A stretch of 64,000 bases of DNA from Acidimicrobiia bacterium. Its GTDB lineage: Bacteria > Actinomycetota > Acidimicrobiia > Spongiisociales > ZC4RG35. The notes under the pieces are model-generated. The model searched no databases. It was not told the origin of the DNA and saw only the letters and a program-made list of their open reading frames with translations. The translations under genes and the position numbers were made by a program. Every line of letters starts with the position of its first letter. Within the stretch, counting starts at the first letter, position 1. Of this stretch, positions 58,578 to 64,000 are shown in pieces. Where the stretch lies: the NCBI GenBank assembly GCA_965215185.1, contig OZ244034.1:1824001-1888000 (forward strand), read 5' to 3'.

Positions 58578-58824
58578 TCATGACAGTTGAATAGCTATCG
58601 GCTTTAGGTCTTCACTTGGAATCAAGGAGAGACCCATGAGGTTGATAATGTCTTCCCCGATCCCTTGGACGATCATCTCCCCAGGTTCTATATCTGTAGG
58701 GCCGAATGCGACTTCGCCGCCAAAGTTGACATACGCCCTGCGATAGAGATCGAAGCATTCATAGAGCACCTGATAGAGCTCTTTCGAAAAGCCTTCCTGC
58801 CCCCTGTAGTCGGCGCGACGTAGA
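58578..58824 (-). pseudogene. 5'-truncated hypothetical gene abutting E4
   Basis: Lower-GC frame is open right up to the E4 TIR, with no matching 5' part beyond the element. Confidence 0.45.
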
Positions 58825-60228
58825 GGGACTTATATACCTAGGTTGACAGAGCGTCTAGGTGATACTGTTCTGCGGTGTCTGCCAGCATCTTCCGGCCTGA
58901 GCCGAAAGATGTCTTACAACAGAGATTTGTAGAGCGCACCGCGTCGGGAAACACGAGGTCATGTCCCACCCGACCCCAAGGATCCCAGGTGGGATAGTCT
59001 CGGGCGCATATGTTGATTGCAGCATTGTGGTCTCTGCACATGGTCAGTCCACACTGTTCGCACCGGAAGGTTCTCACGTTGAGGGGCATCTTTTGGTGAT
59101 GCCCGCATCGGGAACAGTCGGTGGAGGTGTGGCGAGGGTTTACCCCCGCATAGTGGACACCAGCTTTCGCGGCTTTGTGTTCCAGTATGAGATCGAAGGA
59201 TCCCCAGCGTTGCTGTGACATCTGTTTGGAGAACAGCTTGGTTTTCAGCAGTCCGGCGATATTGAGCTTTTCGACAGCTATGCCGTCGTAGGCCTTGACC
59301 AGGCGGTCGGCCAGGCGGAAGTCCGACTGGATGGCCTGTTCCTGTAGGCGGCGGTGCTGTTTGGCGAGAGTGTTTGCGCTTCTTGATGCGAGACCGTGAT
59401 CCCTTGACGGACCTGCTGAACCGGCGCTGAGCGCGCAACGCCTGTCGCAGATCCACGGTTGTGGGTGGTAGGTGTTCGCCGTCGGAAGTGACCAGGCGTG
59501 ACTTGAGGCCCTTGTCCAAACCGACGGGATTGACAGGATCTGCCACCGGTGGGCGGTCAGGGTGCTTGATGACCGCGTGTATCTCGACTCGCAGAGGAGT
59601 GCGGGCCACTCGCAGTTCCACCAGCCGGCCGCTCTCCAACGCGGTAGTGAGGCGGTCGTGTTTGTCCTCGAACCGTATCTGCGGCACGCCCTTCACCTGT
59701 AGTCTCCACCACTTCTCGCTGTGGTTCTTTCTCTCTCCCGGAGCTTTGAGCATCGCGCGGTCAGCGTTCACAATCTCTATCGACTTCCACCGGTGACGCG
59801 GCTTGAAACGGGGAAACCCGGCCTTCTTGGAAGGGTCCTTACATCTCTTATAAAAGGCCTGAATAGACCGGTCGAAGCGGCGCAACGTTCCGCGCCCCAC
59901 TCGAAGGCTCAAACGCTGCCACTCAGGATGGTCCTTGCGTACATCGGTGAACATCCGCAGACGGTCATAGTGAGACTGGTTCAGTTCTAGGGGAAGGGGT
60001 TCGTCGGGATGGTGTTCTTTCCACCACCGGTATGTGCCCTTCCATGATTCCAGGCATGCGTTATACAACTCGCAACACTGCGCGAAGATGTCATCCAAAC
60101 GACGGTGCGCCGAGCGGGAACAATGCCCTTTCAGCCGGATCGTCTGCACCCAAGGAACCATCATCTAAAAATATCCCACCCCTGCGAAAAAAGGGGTGGC
60201 TGGTTGTCAACCTAGGTATATAAGTCCC
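58825..60228 (-). mobile_element. E4: diverged TIR-bounded tnpB element (1404 bp), no TSD
   Basis: Perfect 24-bp TIR GGGACTTATATACCTAGGTTGACA at 58825-58848 and 60205-60228. Confidence 0.93.
58838..60164 (-). pseudogene. tnpB: tnpB with a single frameshift (~59375)
   Basis: 'LYNACLESWKG', 'GFPRFK', 'VGLDKG' in one frame; 'IAVEKL', CxxC pairs and 'CRDHNAAINI' in the next. Confidence 0.88.
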
Positions 60229-60308
60229 CACGATAACCCCTAGCCCGCGCCGTCGAAGAGGGACGATGGCGTCCCGCCCCCGGGCATCTTGTCTAATCTG
60301 GTTTGATC

Positions 60309-61463
60309 ATGACCGTCGCAGCGCGGCTTCGTCCGTTCGGGAACACCATCTTCACCGAGATATCCCACCGCGCCCGGCAACACAAGGCAGTCGATCTGGG
60401 GCAGGGTTTTCCCGATTTCGAGGGCCCGAACTTCGTAAAACACGCCGCCAAGACAGGAATCGATGTTGAATCCAACCAGTATCCGCCCTCGATGGGCCTT
60501 CCCGTCCTTCGAGAGGCAGTCGCGGCCCGTTTCGAAGACCAGACCGGGAGAAAAGCCGACCCCGACCGGAATGTGACGATCACCTCGGGATGCACCGAGG
60601 CGCTGGCCGCTACCTTCCTGGGCCTGGTCGAGCCCGGCGATCGGGTGATCCTTCTGCAGCCCTGGTACGACGCCTATCCGGTGGGATGTTCTCTGGCCGG
60701 CGCCGTTCCCCGGTTCGTAACCTTGCGGCCCCCCGAATTCCGACTGCCCGAAGCACAGTTGCGACAAGCTTTCGAGGCCGGCGCCCGGGCGATCGTGTTC
60801 AACACCCCTCACAATCCCACCGGGCGGGTGTTCACCCAACAGGAACTGGATCTGGTGGCACAACTATGCATCTCCCATGACGTGATCGCCGTCACCGACG
60901 AAGTGTACGAGCACATCCGTTTCGACGACCACCCCCATCTGTCATTGGCCTCCTGGCCGGGGATGTGGGAAAGGACCGTAACCTTGTCGTCGGTGGGAAA
61001 GAGCTTCTCTCTCACCGGTTGGAAGACCGGATGGGCGGTCGCCCCGGAGAATCTCACCGCCGGGGTGCGAGCCGCCCACCAGTTTCTCACTTTCACCACC
61101 CCCAACCCCATGCAGTACGGCTCGGCCGCGGCTTTGTCGGCGCCCGGGGAGTATTTCGTGGAGTTACGGGCCCTCTACACCTCCCGGCGGGACCTGTTGG
61201 CGGAGGGACTGGACCGACTGGGGTTCGAGGTGTACACGCCGCAGGGCACCTACTTTCTCCTGGCCGACCACCGGCCGTTCGGATTCCCCGATGACGTGGC
61301 CTTCGTCAACCATCTGATCAAGGAAGTGGGGGTGGCGGCCATTCCCCCGTCGGTGTTCTATAACGATCCATCCGACGGTGCCGAGATGGTCCGCTTCGCC
61401 TTCTGCAAGAGCGAGGAGACACTGCGCGCCGCATTGGAGCGCATGAAGGCACTCCGCAAATAG
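60309..61463 (+). CDS. PLP-dependent aminotransferase class I/II (YbdL/DapC-like)
   Basis: 'DLGQGFPD', 'NTPHNPTG', 'DEVYEH', 'SVGKSFSLTGWKTGW', 'RFAFCK'. Confidence 0.92.
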   Translation: MTVAARLRPFGNTIFTEISHRARQHKAVDLGQGFPDFEGPNFVKHAAKTGIDVESNQYPPSMGLPVLREAVAARFEDQTGRKADPDRNVTITSGCTEALAATFLGLVEPGDRVILLQPWYDAYPVGCSLAGAVPRFVTLRPPEFRLPEAQLRQAFEAGARAIVFNTPHNPTGRVFTQQELDLVAQLCISHDVIAVTDEVYEHIRFDDHPHLSLASWPGMWERTVTLSSVGKSFSLTGWKTGWAVAPENLTAGVRAAHQFLTFTTPNPMQYGSAAALSAPGEYFVELRALYTSRRDLLAEGLDRLGFEVYTPQGTYFLLADHRPFGFPDDVAFVNHLIKEVGVAAIPPSVFYNDPSDGAEMVRFAFCKSEETLRAALERMKALRK

Positions 61464-61472
61464 CGCGGAAAG

Positions 61473-62441
61473 TTAGGGGGTGAGGATCACCTTCCCGGTG
61501 GTGGCTCTGCCTTCCAGCATCCGGTGGGCCTGGGCCGCATCCCGCGTGGGAAGACTGTGGCTGATCCGAAGGCTCAGCTCGCCGCTCACCACCATCTGGA
61601 ACACCGCGGCGGCTCTGGCCAGAAGCTCGGCGCGGGTCAACACATAGTCAGACCCCGTGGGGCGGGTCAAGAACAGCGACCCCTCCTGGGTGAGACGCAG
61701 CGGCGCCACGGGAGGCACTGGCCCGCTGGCGTTTCCGAAGGTGACCATCATCCCTCGGGGCCGAAGCACGGACAGCCCCCGATCAAAAGTGACCGCGCCC
61801 ACCCCGTCATAGACCACATCGAGAGGCCTGGGACCTGCGATCTGCTCCACGGCGTCTCCGAAGTCGACCTCCCGGTAATAGATAACATGGTCGGCCCCCG
61901 CGCTCTTGGCAATCCGACCTTTCTCTTTGGACCCCACGGTGGTGAACACTTCCGCTCCCCGCTGTTTGGCCATCTGGATCAGCAGCAGCCCCACTCCCCC
62001 CGCTCCGGCATGCACCAGCGCCCGATCACCCTGTCCGAGGGGGAAGGTGTCGTGCGCTAGGAAGTGGGCGGTCAGCCCCTGCACCAGCAGCCCCGCCGCC
62101 GACTCGATCTCGAGATTCGGGGGTACGGGAACCATCTTCTCCGCCGGCCCCACTATCTGCTCGGCGTAGGACCCCTGGCATTGGCTCCAGGCCACCCGGT
62201 CGCCCACTTCGATTCCTTCCACCCCCTCCCCCAACTCCCGCACTATCCCCGCCCCCTCCAGCCCGAGAGTGAAAGGGAGTTCCACCGGATAGAGGCCGGT
62301 CCGCTGATAGGTGTCGATGAAATTCACACCCGCGGCCAGCACCGTGACCAGCGCTTGGCCCCGACCCGGACGCGGATCAGGCACCTCCCTCCACTTCAAC
62401 TGCTCGGCGGCGCCGTGGCTCTCGACCCTTATTGCGTGCAT
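61473..62441 (-). CDS. qor: NADPH:quinone oxidoreductase (MDR family)
   Basis: 'GVNFIDTYQRTGLY', 'HAGAGGVG', 'FGNASG', 'TTGKVIL'. Confidence 0.9.
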   Translation of the reverse strand: MHAIRVESHGAAEQLKWREVPDPRPGRGQALVTVLAAGVNFIDTYQRTGLYPVELPFTLGLEGAGIVRELGEGVEGIEVGDRVAWSQCQGSYAEQIVGPAEKMVPVPPNLEIESAAGLLVQGLTAHFLAHDTFPLGQGDRALVHAGAGGVGLLLIQMAKQRGAEVFTTVGSKEKGRIAKSAGADHVIYYREVDFGDAVEQIAGPRPLDVVYDGVGAVTFDRGLSVLRPRGMMVTFGNASGPVPPVAPLRLTQEGSLFLTRPTGSDYVLTRAELLARAAAVFQMVVSGELSLRISHSLPTRDAAQAHRMLEGRATTGKVILTP

Positions 62442-62567
62442 CTCACCTCCAGGATGGGAGTCTCGATTCGCCCAGTGTATATCCTGATCGGGGTGGCTGG
62501 CAATACCCGTCCGGGGCAACGGACAAGACACAAACGGGGAGGGACAATCCGTCTAAGCTGGTGAGCA

Positions 62568-63560
62568 ATGGCAAGAGTACGACTGTTCGCCAGCCTCAGA
62601 GAAGCGGCCCGCGCCTCGGAAGTGACCATCGAGGGCGCCACGGTGGGAGAAATTCTGGAGACCGCCTGCTCCCGTTTCGGGACGCAGTTCGCCGCCGTAT
62701 TGGCCACCGCCAAGGTTTGGCGCAACGGAGAGGAAGTTGACGCTTCCCAGCCGGTCAACCCCGACGATGAAATAGCGCTGCTGCCACCCGTCTCCGGTGG
62801 CGCCTTGGACTGGGGAAGAGAGTTCGGGTCGACCGGTGTCGGCACGCTGATAGTGGTGGCGGCACTAGTGCTGGGCAACCTGTCGGGCGACCTGGACTTG
62901 TGGTCGCCCATCCTGGCCGCCATGGTGGGACTGTGGACTGTGGACATCACCTCCGCGGCCGCAGATCGGGGATATCGGATCGCGGTTGGAGCGTTGCTGG
63001 CAGCGGAAGTAGCCGCCATGGCGATCATCCATCTCATTGGCCCCTCGGCCCTGTTGCCCGCCCTGGCCATGGGAGCAATTTTCTCTCTGGGCGCGGCCGT
63101 CTTCGTGCCGTTCCGACGTCACATAACTTCCATAGCCATATCAGCCGGCATAGGCACGCTGGCTTGTGGCGCGGTGGCTTCATTGATGCTGACCAGGTCG
63201 GTATTCGAGCCAGGGGCTCGGGCGATCGGATTCTTCTTGGCGGTGACCGTGGGCACCATAATCCTGGCGGAGGTGGCCCGGCGGGTCAGGACCAATCGGC
63301 TCTTCAACCGCCAGAACACAGTCGTGATCGGGGTGGTGGTGCTCTCGGCGCTGGGAGCGCTGCTGTGGGGATTCTCCGTCACCGCATTCCTGTTGATCGG
63401 GTTTGGCATGGCGGCAGCCTATCTGGCCGGTGAGGGCTTCGGCACTCTGCTTCGCTCCGGGCGATTATGGTCCAATCCGCTGCCCGGAATTCTGGCGAAT
63501 CTGGACGGCCCACTTTGTGCGGGGATGGTCTTTTTCTCCCTGCTGACTCTCATTGTCTAA
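62568..63560 (+). CDS. MoaD/ThiS ubiquitin-like domain fused to a multi-pass membrane domain
   Basis: 'RVRLFASLREAA...DEIALLPPVSGG' followed by ~8 TM segments. Confidence 0.8.
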   Translation: MARVRLFASLREAARASEVTIEGATVGEILETACSRFGTQFAAVLATAKVWRNGEEVDASQPVNPDDEIALLPPVSGGALDWGREFGSTGVGTLIVVAALVLGNLSGDLDLWSPILAAMVGLWTVDITSAAADRGYRIAVGALLAAEVAAMAIIHLIGPSALLPALAMGAIFSLGAAVFVPFRRHITSIAISAGIGTLACGAVASLMLTRSVFEPGARAIGFFLAVTVGTIILAEVARRVRTNRLFNRQNTVVIGVVVLSALGALLWGFSVTAFLLIGFGMAAAYLAGEGFGTLLRSGRLWSNPLPGILANLDGPLCAGMVFFSLLTLIV

Positions 63561-63606
63561 CACCGACGGCTCATTAGTCGGCCGATTCTCTTAACCTCTT
63601 TTACAT

Positions 63607-64000
63607 ATGGGCACATCGGTGCGTATTCCGGCCGGTCTGGTCCTCGTAGCGACCCTCATGGGGGTGATCCTGACCGCAGGGGGAGCGGTGCTTTCCATGG
63701 CGCAAGAGGAGCAGAACCAGCAAGAGGTATCTCAAATACAGAAGGAGGAGGTCGACCAGGCCTGCGCGGTCTCCCGGGTTCAACTGGCCGTCTACGAAGA
63801 CGCCCTGGGTTCTTTCCACGAGGCCACCGCCGAGTGGGATATCGTTTTGGAAGACATCGAGATAGTACAAGAGCGACACGACGTGACGCTTTCTCTGGCA
63901 GCCAGTAAAGCCGCAGAGATGGAAGCCCTACGCGCCGGATTGGAGCAAACAGCCATCGAAATCTACATGCAGCAGGGCGTTTTGAGTCTCACGCCCTTTC
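63607..64000 (+). CDS. Exported coiled-coil protein (partial, runs off the window)
   Basis: Signal-peptide-like N-terminus; frame open to the end of the window. Confidence 0.65.
   Translation, partial: MGTSVRIPAGLVLVATLMGVILTAGGAVLSMAQEEQNQQEVSQIQKEEVDQACAVSRVQLAVYEDALGSFHEATAEWDIVLEDIEIVQERHDVTLSLAASKAAEMEALRAGLEQTAIEIYMQQGVLSLTPF

Overview
High-GC bacterial chromosome segment, most likely an Actinobacterium of the Acidimicrobiia type (inferred from leaderless genes, SLH and TolB-like repeat proteins, LLM oxidoreductases and form I CO dehydrogenase). Housekeeping and metabolic genes include proA-like, nuoABCD, coxMSL, citrate synthase, metX with a SAM riboswitch, a selenocysteine-containing selD, greA, mgtE, nadE, two fluC, tyrA/aroF, phnX and lutABC. 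The standout signal is a family of four ~1.25-1.43 kb elements (E1 20345-21777, E2 37661-38912, E3 52117-53529, E4 58825-60228). Each carries only a TnpB-like RuvC nuclease gene, yet each is bounded by 23-24 bp terminal inverted repeats (GGGACTTATATAC...), and E1 and E2 have perfect 8-bp target-site duplications. These are DDE-transposon ends (best guess IS1595-like), not the IS200/IS605/IS607 ends that normally carry TnpB. The 3' end of each element holds a conserved omega-RNA-like scaffold ending in the TIR. The same scaffold plus TIR occurs twice without any tnpB (41160-~41290 and ~46745-46858). Other oddities are an endonuclease IV-LigD primase/polymerase fusion, a 6S-like ncRNA candidate, Cre-like recombinase remnants in inverted orientation and several unusual domain fusions. 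Frameshifts are frequent, especially in the first 2 kb, so some may be sequencing or assembly errors. All calls come from reading the sequence by eye; no database searches were run.
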